A DNA stretch of 64,000 bases from a virus (IMGVR_UViG_2609460327_000001:142308-206307), one strand, 5' to 3'; positions 19,228 to 29,968 are shown, counted from the stretch's first letter. The notes: generated by a model not told the origin, from the letters alone. Numbers and translations: made by a program.

Positions 19228-22200
19228 CCCAGAAGAATAAAACGCCTCTCTTAAAAGGCTTCACGATTAAAGCATACACTGGCGCGGAGGCTTCCGATAG
19301 CGAAGCTTCCCTGCGCAGGGCAAGTACAAGCGAATCCGGCAGCGGTTCTGACGTTGTTGATCCGCCGTATTATCCGCCAGAGCCTACGGATCCGTCTGCG
19401 CCAGATAACCCTGGGGGCGGTGGGACGAATCCAACCAATCCAACTGACCCAGAGAATCCAGGAGGCGGCGGAGGATCGGGTGACGAAGATAACCCAGGAG
19501 GCGGAAGCAATCCTGACAATCCGGGCGGAGGCGGCGGAACGGACGACCCAGAAGATGATCTTCCTGACGACCCTAGTGATGGTGTCTCGAGTAATGGGCG
19601 CATCTATATTAGAATCCTTGAAAGAAAAGACAATCCGGATAAGTACTGCTTAGGAATAGATTATCCTGTTAAGGTGCGTGCTTGGACAGCGAGTGAAGAA
19701 GAGAAGATTATAAAAATTGTTCTCAAATTCAAAATGCGGCACAAAGGTGGCAAGCTAACAGAGTTTGTTTATAAAGAATACACCTATCCTGGAAGTGTTG
19801 AAGAGAGCATTGAACTCGTCATACCAAAGGCAACATTGGATGAATGGGGAGTTAAAGAAAGAACTTATCTGCAATTGATTGCTGTCGTTTATACGGACCA
19901 AGGAAGAGATACACACACCACAGACTATGTGAGATTCGAAAACTGTGGGGAAGAGGAGGATGATCCAGATAAAGATACAGACGGGGATGGGATTCCAGAT
20001 AAAGATGATCCTAATCCTGAGCAGCCAGATGAGCTGCAAGTCACCATCACACCTAAGACAACAGAGATATGCTATGGTGATGATTTAATCGTGTCTGGAG
20101 TGGCTGACGGCCCGTATCCAATTACGAAAGTCGTTATGCTTGTCAACGGAACACCTCTTGAAGATATCGTCACAGAGGAGCCTACAGAGCCGGAGACGCC
20201 GACTGAGCCGAACACGCCGAACAGCATCAGCTATTTTGTAGACGGCTCAATCTCACCATCAAGTATTAACCAAGATTACTGGACAGGAAATAAAGCCTTT
20301 AGCGGGAATGTCCAAATTACTGCAGGTAATATCGTGCCACTGAATATACAGCCTAACTTCTTTACCGGAAGAAACCAATGGCTTGATTTCATGGAGAAGG
20401 TTAGACGAGCGCTTGCTCCTGAAGAAGATACGATCTATACCAAAAGCAATATCAGTATTCAGAATTTTCATGCCTATCTATGGAAGTTCCATCAAGACAA
20501 CTTAAGAGGACTAGTCACATTACCTCAGCCGTGGTCGACGTTTAAGTCGTGGGCGGTAAGTAATTTACCGGGATTGACGGAGCTTCAGCTGGGCAGCATC
20601 TATGCAACCTATAAGATCAAGGCCATCAGCTTCTTCTTCCCAAGTGCAAGCTCATATCTTTCAGGAGATATTATTGATACGTTGTCTGACCTTGTGGCCA
20701 AGACGAATACGTACACCTATCACTGGATCGACTTCAATGATATTCAAGGTAATCCGAGTGTCGCGGCTTGGGCGAAGGATGGGGAGCTGCCGCAATTTTA
20801 TTCCTTTATTAATTTTGAACCTGATGCCTTGAATGCCAGTGTCATCAATCTTATGGCATACCGGCCAACAGATTATACGTCTAACTCTTCAAGGGATGAG
20901 AGCGACACGCTGACGCCGCTGGACAAATACAAGAGCTACTGGCTCCCAGTAGGATCGCTAGGAACAGCAGACCTGCAGACACTCAACAACAATCAGCCCG
21001 CATGCCGACCATACATTGCAGGAGAGATTGCAATCCATGAGATTGGACATGCTGTTGGATTCTACGGGGCGGACTATTATAAGTTTGATGCTGGCCATAA
21101 ATATGCAAGCGACATAGGTAAGAGCCTGCACGACTACAGAGAATGGCAAGAGATTAGCGGGTGGGACTCCATCAACTGGTCGGGTATGAGACAATACTAC
21201 AAGCTAAATAAATCGAATCCGGGAACGAAGCTAGACAACGGAAAAGAAGCACCTGTCACTGCTTATGGATGTACGCAGCCCGCAGAAGGATTCGCTGAAG
21301 CTTACAGATTGTACATTATCAATCCAAGTTTCCTGAGAGACAACTTCCCTAAGCAATACGCATTCATGGAGAAGTACGTTAAGAACATGGAATCCATTGA
21401 TGTAATGAGCACGGCAAGCTTCAGAAGAATGAGTGAGACGGTTGTGATCGATGGCTACCATAGTCCTTTCTGGATGGCTGCTTCGCCTTATGAACAAACC
21501 TTCAACTTCCGATACCCAACGCTTGGTCATGAAGTAGGTGACAGCTTTGTGGTTGAAGTGAAGGCTTATGATAGCGAAGGTAACGAGGCATCCGACAGCA
21601 TGACGGTCACAGTGAAGGATTGCTCAATTGATCCGGAAGGACCGAAGGTGAGAGACTGCTTAATGTTCGATACACTGCATGTGGAATACTACGATGCCAA
21701 TCTTCAAGACATTAAAAAGTTTGATATTCCTGCCGACTGGCTCCCGTATGAAATTAACAATGGTGACGGGGCAACGGCCATGTTCGGATGGGGAGAAGAC
21801 GACACGATTACTGCATGGTTTAAAGATGGAGGAAACAGCAGTGGCTACGGATTCCAGCTCAGCTCGATTGGCGTCAATTATTTGGATGAACACAATAATG
21901 CAAAAACAGCCTGGGCATCCAACATCTATTACGAAACCGCAGGTGTAAAGAACAGCAGGAAGATGCTTGGTGATCCTACAGGTAAAGATACTTCATGGAT
22001 GAATCAAATCCTCACAAGCGGCAGCTATACGGAAAGCCCATCGATCGGATCGAAAGGTGACTATGTTAAATTCAAATTCCCTTCTGCTTGGAGTTCGAAT
22101 CAATGTCCGATCAATAAAGATATTATCCGTCCAGAAGATGATGACTCGCCAGAAGAAGATCCAACGAACCCGAACGTTCCAGATTATGATCCGGAGAAGA

Positions 22201-24206
22201 ATCCAGTCCGCGACTGCTTGATGCTAGATAAGATCATCTTCCAGTATTACAGTGACGTGACCAAAGAAATGCAGACGAATATTGTGCCTTTGGAATGGCT
22301 TGTAACTCAGGAGTTGACGATCGAGACGAAGGCGGGGCCTGTTACACTGGTTGCAGGATGGTCGGATTATTATAAAGGCGTATCGCTTATGATCCGGAAT
22401 GCAACCGGCGCAAACAACATCTTCCTAACGGGAGTCGGCATCATCTTCAAAGACTTCTATGATGATTCGAAAACCGCATGGGCTTCGGATATTAACTTCA
22501 AGACAGCAGGAGCAAAGAACACCGGCTGGATGACTGGCGGGCCGAAGAACTTAGATGAGCTGCCATGGGTGGCAGAAGTAGATGCAGGAAACTACGGCAA
22601 TGCCCCTGTGATCGGTAAGACAGGAGACTTCATTGTAAGCAAGCACATGGATTTATTTACTTCTCAGGTCTGCTCCATTGATCCAGAGCATAACTCTGAC
22701 CCGGAAACAGGGGTAGGAGCTGATCCAATTCTTGAAGTCACTGTGCCATCACTTAATCCGGAAGAGATTACGCATTGTAATACAGACCCATTAACCATTG
22801 GAGGATATGCAGAGATTGCACCTAAAGTTACTGAGATTAAAGCGACATTCAATGGAGAAGAGTTCTATCAACGAAATGGTAATGCGTTTCACGAAGACTT
22901 TAACTTCACGATTCCTTCAAGAGCGTTTGGAGAAGGTGGATCAGGAGGAAGCAGCGAAGGTGGCATTGCAGATATTATCTTCTTAATTGACTACTCCGGA
23001 AGTATGGGTGAACACATTGCCTCAGTTGCAGACAATGTAAACAACTTCATCAGAAGGCTGAACGATGACAACGTAGACTATCGACTTGGATGTGTGCGAT
23101 ACAGCGATATTAACTATAGTGAACCGACTACCAAGACATCGTTGACCACAAGCGCTTCAGAGTTTGAATCCATGCTAAGAGCAATTGTACTGGCCGGTGG
23201 AGGAGATACAAGAGAATCGGTTCTGGAATCCATTATGGATCCTGTGAATGGGGCACTCACTTATGATTTTAGAGAGAATGCTGCGAAGCACTTTGTCTTA
23301 GTGACCGATGCGCATTTCCACGATAAAGAAGTGGATGGAATGTCTATCTATACCGCAGCTCAAGCCATAAGTGCTATGAGGGAAAAAGGTGTTATCATCA
23401 ACATCATTGGTCCGATGGGTGAAGGAATGTTCACGCTAAAACAGCTTAGTGATGGAACTGGTGGACAGTACCTTGATATCAAAGGAGACTACGGAAACCA
23501 GCTCACGAGTATTTCTGGCCAGATATCAGAGGATGCAGGTGAACTCATATCTGGATACGTAGTTATTACAGCAACCGGCACAGATGGCAAGACTGTAACA
23601 CGCCGAATTAAAATCAATGTAGTGGATTGCTCGGTGCCACCGCCAGGGTCAACACCAGATGAAGGAAACATCGAAAACAGCTACGACTTACTCTTTAGAT
23701 TAAGATGGGGCATTCCAACAAACACTGCCTCTGACGCAAGATCAGATATGGATCTTCACGGATACCTTGATAGAGATGAGGCTAAGCATATATTTTACGG
23801 CTCTCGCGTGGATGCTGAGTATCCGGGTTATCGATCATATATTGAAGGAACGAATAAGATTTATCTAAACTTTGACTATGCTGACCATATGAGAAATAGT
23901 GGGATCGACCATTGGAATAATGAAGTGGAAATCATTACAGTAGATGGGTTTGTTAACCGAACACTTACTCTTGTAGTCGATAAATATTACGGCGTGGATG
24001 TTTCTGATCTTGATCGAGCACCGCAGGTTGAAATTGTGGATGCAGGAACAGGATCTATACTTCAGACAATCGTTCTGAGTCCTACTGACTTCAATTCGAA
24101 GCGTTCTATTATCGTCTGTGATATTGCTCTAAAAAACCCTGGTCAAACTAAAATATCTGATATTACAATAAGAAAAGAACCAAGAGATTATCCAACTCCA
24201 AATTAA
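19224..24206 (+). CDS. Large multidomain virion protein: Pro/Gly/Asp-rich linker, Ig-like repeats, TSP type-3-like repeat, HExxH zinc metallopeptidase, internal duplication, vWA domain
   Basis: DTDGDGIPDKDD; IHEIGH...EGFAEAY; IIFLIDYSGSM (MIDAS); VRDCLM repeat twice. Confidence 0.75.
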   Translation: MTQKNKTPLLKGFTIKAYTGAEASDSEASLRRASTSESGSGSDVVDPPYYPPEPTDPSAPDNPGGGGTNPTNPTDPENPGGGGGSGDEDNPGGGSNPDNPGGGGGTDDPEDDLPDDPSDGVSSNGRIYIRILERKDNPDKYCLGIDYPVKVRAWTASEEEKIIKIVLKFKMRHKGGKLTEFVYKEYTYPGSVEESIELVIPKATLDEWGVKERTYLQLIAVVYTDQGRDTHTTDYVRFENCGEEEDDPDKDTDGDGIPDKDDPNPEQPDELQVTITPKTTEICYGDDLIVSGVADGPYPITKVVMLVNGTPLEDIVTEEPTEPETPTEPNTPNSISYFVDGSISPSSINQDYWTGNKAFSGNVQITAGNIVPLNIQPNFFTGRNQWLDFMEKVRRALAPEEDTIYTKSNISIQNFHAYLWKFHQDNLRGLVTLPQPWSTFKSWAVSNLPGLTELQLGSIYATYKIKAISFFFPSASSYLSGDIIDTLSDLVAKTNTYTYHWIDFNDIQGNPSVAAWAKDGELPQFYSFINFEPDALNASVINLMAYRPTDYTSNSSRDESDTLTPLDKYKSYWLPVGSLGTADLQTLNNNQPACRPYIAGEIAIHEIGHAVGFYGADYYKFDAGHKYASDIGKSLHDYREWQEISGWDSINWSGMRQYYKLNKSNPGTKLDNGKEAPVTAYGCTQPAEGFAEAYRLYIINPSFLRDNFPKQYAFMEKYVKNMESIDVMSTASFRRMSETVVIDGYHSPFWMAASPYEQTFNFRYPTLGHEVGDSFVVEVKAYDSEGNEASDSMTVTVKDCSIDPEGPKVRDCLMFDTLHVEYYDANLQDIKKFDIPADWLPYEINNGDGATAMFGWGEDDTITAWFKDGGNSSGYGFQLSSIGVNYLDEHNNAKTAWASNIYYETAGVKNSRKMLGDPTGKDTSWMNQILTSGSYTESPSIGSKGDYVKFKFPSAWSSNQCPINKDIIRPEDDDSPEEDPTNPNVPDYDPEKNPVRDCLMLDKIIFQYYSDVTKEMQTNIVPLEWLVTQELTIETKAGPVTLVAGWSDYYKGVSLMIRNATGANNIFLTGVGIIFKDFYDDSKTAWASDINFKTAGAKNTGWMTGGPKNLDELPWVAEVDAGNYGNAPVIGKTGDFIVSKHMDLFTSQVCSIDPEHNSDPETGVGADPILEVTVPSLNPEEITHCNTDPLTIGGYAEIAPKVTEIKATFNGEEFYQRNGNAFHEDFNFTIPSRAFGEGGSGGSSEGGIADIIFLIDYSGSMGEHIASVADNVNNFIRRLNDDNVDYRLGCVRYSDINYSEPTTKTSLTTSASEFESMLRAIVLAGGGDTRESVLESIMDPVNGALTYDFRENAAKHFVLVTDAHFHDKEVDGMSIYTAAQAISAMREKGVIINIIGPMGEGMFTLKQLSDGTGGQYLDIKGDYGNQLTSISGQISEDAGELISGYVVITATGTDGKTVTRRIKINVVDCSVPPPGSTPDEGNIENSYDLLFRLRWGIPTNTASDARSDMDLHGYLDRDEAKHIFYGSRVDAEYPGYRSYIEGTNKIYLNFDYADHMRNSGIDHWNNEVEIITVDGFVNRTLTLVVDKYYGVDVSDLDRAPQVEIVDAGTGSILQTIVLSPTDFNSKRSIIVCDIALKNPGQTKISDITIRKEPRDYPTPN
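19345..19580 (+). repeat. Low-complexity coding repeat (P-D/E-N-P-G-G-G-G units)
   Basis: Four NPGGG units in the translation. Confidence 0.7.
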
Positions 24207-24219
24207 GAGGTGATGAGCT

Positions 24220-26286
24220 ATGGGCATCCGGCAGACACAGCTGTCGCGCACAGTAGAAAAGATCGTAAGGTCCTATCTGCAGCGCGGAAGATATCCCAGT
24301 ATTCAAACCATCACTTATCATCTAGGGCAGTGGCTCCGGGAGCATACTCCTGGGGCTCCGTCCTTTTCGCCTCGTAAGGTTCTCCGCAAAGAGAAGTCGG
24401 ACAGCGAAAGCTACAATGATAATGTGATGATGATTAGACAGGACATTGGCGATCTGTATGACGCCACAATTAATCAAACCATTCGAATTATGAATGACTT
24501 TAACTTTGCCGAGACAGAACGCGCCAAAATCAATCATGAACTATCGATGCTATCGAAGAAGATTGATCAGCTTCTCCTTGTATCAGGCGCAGGCAGCAGC
24601 TACCTAGATACGGTTATTGAAGACTTCATTGATACGAGTCGGATGAATACCGGCAATAGTACAGTAGCCATTGATCTGAATAACGGTCAAATCACATTGA
24701 AAGAGAATCAAAGGCAGAGTAATAAAGTTTTACTATCAGGATCTCAAGCAACTTTTAATGCACTTACACCTAACGTAAAGCAGTCTGCTATCGAAACGAT
24801 CAACAATGCGTTCGATGATAATATTAATACAGCTTGGTGGCATGTAATTAAAACGACAGGGCCAGGCACCGTAAAAGCAGAGCTGACGATCAGGTTGGCC
24901 AGTGTAGAAGAGATTAATGAAATAGAGTATATTGCTCATCACGGTAAACCAGTTTTGATCCAAGTAGAATACTCTCTTGATGGATCGACATTCACACCGC
25001 TGCCTGAAAAGAATAACAAGCAATCCGTAAGTAATCGAGCGGTATGGAACTTCTCTCAGTTGAAAGTGAAGGCAATTAAGTTCACCTACGAGAAGAAGGA
25101 CCATGATGATAATTCTGCCGGCGTGTATAACTACTACTTCGGTGCAAAGAGTATTTCGATTTCAAAGAAAAGCTATCTCAGCGAAGGCACCTTAATTACG
25201 CAGCCATTTGTATTTAGTTCTGATAACATCAATATGGTTTCGCTTAGCGCCTCACAGGATATCCCTTTCGGGACAACGATTGATTATGAAGTTGCGCTAA
25301 CGAATGAAACAACTGCACTGGATAGCCTAATCTGGTATCCGATCAGCCCCTCTGAAGACACAACTCCTAAATATTCGAAGACAGTAGAGTTTAACGCTCG
25401 CGCATCGAAGAATATAGAGTTTGGACAAGCAGAAGCTACGCAGGAAGTAAAGAATGGCATGAAGGTATTTAGGCTCCTCAAAGATGACAAAGACGGCACC
25501 CTACCAGAAAGCTTTGACGATATCCAGAATCCTATCCTGCTTCGCGGAATTAATCAGTGGAGAAGAGAGCGGTCTTATATTAAGTTTGACGGCACCATCC
25601 CGCTGAACAGCACATGGAAGTCACAATATGATAACCGGCCAGATTCAATCCGTACTGACTATCAAGCTATCGGCAACCAATTAAATTTGCGCCGTGAGAA
25701 TGGCGGCAAGTCCGATAATTTCTATCGCTTCACCACTTGTGTGTATAGCGAAGAAGCCAGAGTAGAACCACTATCCCTGGCTGTCATTCAGACTGTATCC
25801 GGCGTAAGAAAACGTATTGGAACATATGCAGTATATGTAGATGGTAAACGTATGGTACCGTCCAATGAAGAAGTAACTTTGACATTGGCAGCAGGATGGA
25901 GTGAGATTCAAATCCTATTCCATTGGGGAGATATGCAGCTTCGGCAGGATTTTACAGATGGCGATCTGCCTAATGAAACCCTGCTAGGCAAATTCAACTT
26001 CCTCTTGGAGAAACGGGTAAGGGCAGATAAGGATAGTCTCAAGATCGTGGACGAGCATTCACTGTATTACAATATCTCCCCGAATAATAGAGACTACTTC
26101 GCGATTTATGAAAACCAAGTCGTGCTGAATTACCTACCAACAAATTGCATCTTCCAGTTGGTCTATGAAGTCATTGATAGTTCTATTCAGAATAATCAAG
26201 TCGTGATGAGAGCTTCGATGAGGCGGGAAGAAAGTATTCCACACATCACGCCGAAAATAATGCGTCTGCAGCTGCAAGCGAAGTGA
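24220..26286 (+). CDS. Virion structural protein, coiled-coil plus discoidin-like paralog family
   Basis: SDSESYNDNVMMIRQDI and NAFDDNINTAWW motifs. Confidence 0.7.
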   Translation: MGIRQTQLSRTVEKIVRSYLQRGRYPSIQTITYHLGQWLREHTPGAPSFSPRKVLRKEKSDSESYNDNVMMIRQDIGDLYDATINQTIRIMNDFNFAETERAKINHELSMLSKKIDQLLLVSGAGSSYLDTVIEDFIDTSRMNTGNSTVAIDLNNGQITLKENQRQSNKVLLSGSQATFNALTPNVKQSAIETINNAFDDNINTAWWHVIKTTGPGTVKAELTIRLASVEEINEIEYIAHHGKPVLIQVEYSLDGSTFTPLPEKNNKQSVSNRAVWNFSQLKVKAIKFTYEKKDHDDNSAGVYNYYFGAKSISISKKSYLSEGTLITQPFVFSSDNINMVSLSASQDIPFGTTIDYEVALTNETTALDSLIWYPISPSEDTTPKYSKTVEFNARASKNIEFGQAEATQEVKNGMKVFRLLKDDKDGTLPESFDDIQNPILLRGINQWRRERSYIKFDGTIPLNSTWKSQYDNRPDSIRTDYQAIGNQLNLRRENGGKSDNFYRFTTCVYSEEARVEPLSLAVIQTVSGVRKRIGTYAVYVDGKRMVPSNEEVTLTLAAGWSEIQILFHWGDMQLRQDFTDGDLPNETLLGKFNFLLEKRVRADKDSLKIVDEHSLYYNISPNNRDYFAIYENQVVLNYLPTNCIFQLVYEVIDSSIQNNQVVMRASMRREESIPHITPKIMRLQLQAK

Positions 26287-26294
26287 GGTAGCTT

Positions 26295-28244
26295 ATGCCA
26301 ACAATAGAAAAAGTACTATTTTATTTTGATGATGATAATGTATTTCCTTACGAAATGGACTTCGCTGATGTGCTTGGCAATACCGGTATCAGTACATCGG
26401 AAGGCTATAGTATTGTGCCTGAGATTCAGAGCGCAGACAACCTGACAATCCGCATTGTAAACTTTGCTCCACCGTTGTCCTCACCATCAAGCAAGTTCGG
26501 CAGTCTCTTGGGGATTGCTTATGTTTACGATAATGGGGTAAAGAGTTGGATAGAAGAAGTTGTTCGGTACGGACCTAATTCAAGCAATCTGGAAGTGGCA
26601 ATAGGGGATTGGGTTGACGGAAAAACGATCAGCCAGGTTCGAAGCGATGCCCGGTACCGAAAGCCATACATCGGATATGTTGAAGCACAGGATTATGTAG
26701 AGTACAGAATTGAAGCGTATCAGGACCCACCGCCACCGCATGTACCACTATCAGGAACAATTGATCCTCCCGAAGTACGTATCCGGATTGGAGAAACGGC
26801 CAGCTTCAAGATTACTTTAACCGGTAGCAATACAACCATTAGAGATTGCGATTGGTTCTATGATGCAGACTCAACCATTGTAAGGCCGATCTCGTTCACG
26901 GATTTAACCAATAGTGCTCGTTTTAGCAGAGCAGGAACATATCACGTAACGTATAATGTGAATAATACAATAGGTGAAAATTTCACAATAAGTGCGCCCA
27001 TATATGTCGCTGATCCTGCGCCTATACTCGTTGATATCCTTCAACCAAGTACACACTCTTTGTCGCAAGGTGAGAGTTTGGCCCTCGATGCTATTGCCGA
27101 ATCAGAAGCCGAGATTAGTCTCAGGCGGTGGGATATTCCGACAGGAGTAGATATTCTTAACCAGAATGGGGAGCAGGCTATACTCAGCTTTAATCGTCTT
27201 GGAACGTATACGATCAAGTTCTATGCTGAGAATGTAGAGGGATCGCACGGCGAAGATTCAGTTGTCGTTTCCGTATTGGAACCGCCAAAGAAAAAGCCAG
27301 GAATAGAATTATGGATTGGCACTAATGATGGCCAGGTGCAAGTTAATCCTTCGATTATGATGAATGAGCTGCCGATCAATAAGGATGATATTTTTCTATC
27401 CTACAAAAATAGCGGAGATTCGGCTTGGAAATTTGTCGAATTTAAGGTAGAGGTCGGTGCAGAATCATTCACCTACATGGATGGGCGCACTCAGATACAA
27501 GAATCGGTAACGATTGCTGCCGGTGGAGAATACCGAATCCGCGCAGCACTGCATGATTACGATGCTCGTAAGAGGTATACGATTATTCTTAAGGCTGTCA
27601 TGAATGATGATCAAGGACAAGCACTCACGAGATTCTATGAATTAAGATGGATCGCCACGGCAGATGACGGATACGATCTAGTGATCGTAGAGCGCAGGGA
27701 TGATAATTACCACTACCCAAATATCATGAAGCGTAATGCAAGATATCGGGGGCAGCGCGAATCAGAGAAGGTATTATCTGATCACCAAGAACAGATTTTA
27801 GACATCCGATTGAATCACATGATGATAGAAAATCATACGAAAAATCAAGATGATGCCGTAAAATCGTGGTTTCAGGGGGAAAACGAAGCTGGAGTGGAAA
27901 ATATTACGTATTCTGCAGTAAAAACGTTCAGTATAAATATGGAACAAACCAGTTACCCTCTCATGCCTGGAGTGGCAGAAAGCTCTTTTTCAAGGCTTGT
28001 GGTATTCTTAGATGGAGCAGAACTCAATAGTCCTGGGGATTTTGTGTTCGAAAACGGATATATCAAATTAAAAAGTAACGCGTTACAAATTGGAGATATG
28101 AAAGTCGAGTACACTGTAACGGTTGCGGTGGCCGAACAGAAGATGAACGGCCTTTATCCTGTGGCAAATAGGATGAATCAGATGAATGAGCATTTGGCTG
28201 AATTAGAGAGGAGACTTCAGAGCTATGAGAATGCCTACAAGTAA
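26295..28244 (+). CDS. Virion protein with PKD/Ig-like repeats and C-terminal coiled coil
   Basis: RFSRAGTYHVTY and SFNRLGTYTIKF PKD-like signatures. Confidence 0.65.
   Translation: MPTIEKVLFYFDDDNVFPYEMDFADVLGNTGISTSEGYSIVPEIQSADNLTIRIVNFAPPLSSPSSKFGSLLGIAYVYDNGVKSWIEEVVRYGPNSSNLEVAIGDWVDGKTISQVRSDARYRKPYIGYVEAQDYVEYRIEAYQDPPPPHVPLSGTIDPPEVRIRIGETASFKITLTGSNTTIRDCDWFYDADSTIVRPISFTDLTNSARFSRAGTYHVTYNVNNTIGENFTISAPIYVADPAPILVDILQPSTHSLSQGESLALDAIAESEAEISLRRWDIPTGVDILNQNGEQAILSFNRLGTYTIKFYAENVEGSHGEDSVVVSVLEPPKKKPGIELWIGTNDGQVQVNPSIMMNELPINKDDIFLSYKNSGDSAWKFVEFKVEVGAESFTYMDGRTQIQESVTIAAGGEYRIRAALHDYDARKRYTIILKAVMNDDQGQALTRFYELRWIATADDGYDLVIVERRDDNYHYPNIMKRNARYRGQRESEKVLSDHQEQILDIRLNHMMIENHTKNQDDAVKSWFQGENEAGVENITYSAVKTFSINMEQTSYPLMPGVAESSFSRLVVFLDGAELNSPGDFVFENGYIKLKSNALQIGDMKVEYTVTVAVAEQKMNGLYPVANRMNQMNEHLAELERRLQSYENAYK
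28074..28087. promoter_or_regulatory. Operator-like site inside a CDS (AGTAACGCGTTACA)
   Basis: 13/14 match to the recurrent palindrome, about 140 bp upstream of 28225. Confidence 0.35.
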
Positions 28245-29463
28245 ACCAGGAGGCGCCCAGTTTCGGGGCGCTACTTCTTCCTCGGATTACAATAACAACG
28301 AAGATAATAAATACCTAGAGCTTGTAGAGCTGTATCGACAAAGCAATCTGAACATCCAGAATCTTTCAGAGGCTCATCAGATCATCCTTGCAGCGAATAC
28401 AGCCCTACACAACTATGCGATGATGCTTGAGCGAAAGACCGTAGAGTTAGAAGCACAGATGAATCGAATTGAATCAGCAGGGCCTTACGAGCCGATCTTC
28501 TTCAAGACCGGCTTCGTACAGGATATGACAACGGTTTACCCAAACATCTCCCAAGAGAACGGAGAGACAAGCCTGCGCTGCGATGTGGACTTGAACTACC
28601 GCTATGCAACAGTACCTCTGATTCATCAGATACCAAAGACGCACACGGTCAATGAAAAGAACGGTGCTGTGGTTGTTCCTACGGAGCTGAAGGTTCAAGT
28701 AGGTCGCACGAATACCAAGGGCGAAGTCATTGACAACAACCTGCTTAATGCATTCAACGGAGATAATGAATCTTACTGGCACAGAACAGTAACATATAAT
28801 ATTGCTGAATGTCCGGATCAAGAGGATGTCATCCTTGAGATTGAACTGCCTAGTCATCTAGTAAACAATCTCAACATAAACACGGTGCAGATCCATCCAC
28901 ATCCGGAACGTGGCATTCAGGTCAAGAATGTGGAGATTCATTATAACAGCGCTTGGAATACCATTCAGGGATTTATACAGCCAGATATGGCTGCTGTAAA
29001 CAGCAACGAGTATACACCCCGCAAGAAGTGGTTCTTCCCTGGCGTTCCCGTTCAGAAGATTCGCATTACGTTGGTTCAAAAGAATCCTCTTGATATTGGC
29101 GGTAAGAAAGTATTCGTTCTCGGAGCGCAAGAGATCGGCGTTTACTTGACGATGTTTGAGCCAGGCGGCGGCACAATATTAACACCATTCGATATGGAAG
29201 GCATCTATAACATTGAATCTGTAGAGCACGTCTTTCTCAATCGCGATGCATTTGGTATTGATCGCAACTTGGATCAGCTTATGGAGGGACGAGTTTTTGA
29301 GTACGAATTGCTGAGAGAAGAAGCCGATGGCTTCCTTACTCCCCTCAAGAATACTGAATGGTCAGGTCAGTTTTCGGAGCGGATCTGGGTTCGTACAAAG
29401 CTGCTGATGTACAATGGCGTGAATCCATGCCTTCATGCGGTAAGGCTTAATTATTCTCGATGA
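28225..29463 (+). CDS. Virion structural protein, coiled-coil plus discoidin-like paralog family
   Basis: TSSSDYNNNEDNKYLEL and NAFNGDNESYW motifs. Confidence 0.7.
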   Translation: MRMPTSKPGGAQFRGATSSSDYNNNEDNKYLELVELYRQSNLNIQNLSEAHQIILAANTALHNYAMMLERKTVELEAQMNRIESAGPYEPIFFKTGFVQDMTTVYPNISQENGETSLRCDVDLNYRYATVPLIHQIPKTHTVNEKNGAVVVPTELKVQVGRTNTKGEVIDNNLLNAFNGDNESYWHRTVTYNIAECPDQEDVILEIELPSHLVNNLNINTVQIHPHPERGIQVKNVEIHYNSAWNTIQGFIQPDMAAVNSNEYTPRKKWFFPGVPVQKIRITLVQKNPLDIGGKKVFVLGAQEIGVYLTMFEPGGGTILTPFDMEGIYNIESVEHVFLNRDAFGIDRNLDQLMEGRVFEYELLREEADGFLTPLKNTEWSGQFSERIWVRTKLLMYNGVNPCLHAVRLNYSR

Positions 29464-29470
29464 GAAAGAG

Positions 29471-29968
29471 GTGAAACCGATGAGTCGCTTTGAGCTCGGA
29501 AAAACACTTAGCTTAGATAATATGGCTTCTTCATCAACTGCAGTATGGGCAACAATAGGTGGAGTTTTCGGGTCAATCGTAGAAACCGTATACGGCGGCG
29601 GAGAAGAGCGGAAGTTTATGATTGCCATCTATGCATTCTTTATCTTTATGGACTGGATCAGTGGGATCGCCGCTTCCAAGAAAGATGGAAGTTATTCTTC
29701 CGAATATGGTATCAATGGCGTACTGAGGACTTTATTCATACTTTGTTTTCCGGCAGCAGCCAACATGCTTGACTATGTATTAAACACGCCAGGCGTTATC
29801 TTCTATTTTGTAACGACGGGCTTGATCTTCCACACCTTCAACAGCTTAACGGCTAACTCTGTACGAGCTGGATGGGAGAAGTGGATTCCAAACAGCATCA
29901 TTAACTTTGTTCAATCTGAGATTGAAAATAAATCTAATCGATCTTCCAAAAATACGGAAGAGAAATAG
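29471..29968 (+). CDS. Phage holin (holin-4 family); ATG 29480 is a possible start
   Basis: Several TM segments; MDWISGIAAS...SS..GINGVLR signature. Confidence 0.75.
   Translation: MKPMSRFELGKTLSLDNMASSSTAVWATIGGVFGSIVETVYGGGEERKFMIAIYAFFIFMDWISGIAASKKDGSYSSEYGINGVLRTLFILCFPAAANMLDYVLNTPGVIFYFVTTGLIFHTFNSLTANSVRAGWEKWIPNSIINFVQSEIENKSNRSSKNTEEK

Noticed and set aside
19200-19230. Classical -1 slippery frameshift site joining the two structural genes
   Set aside because: There is no X XXY YYZ heptamer, and a stop codon at 19218-19220 in the downstream frame leaves almost no window.
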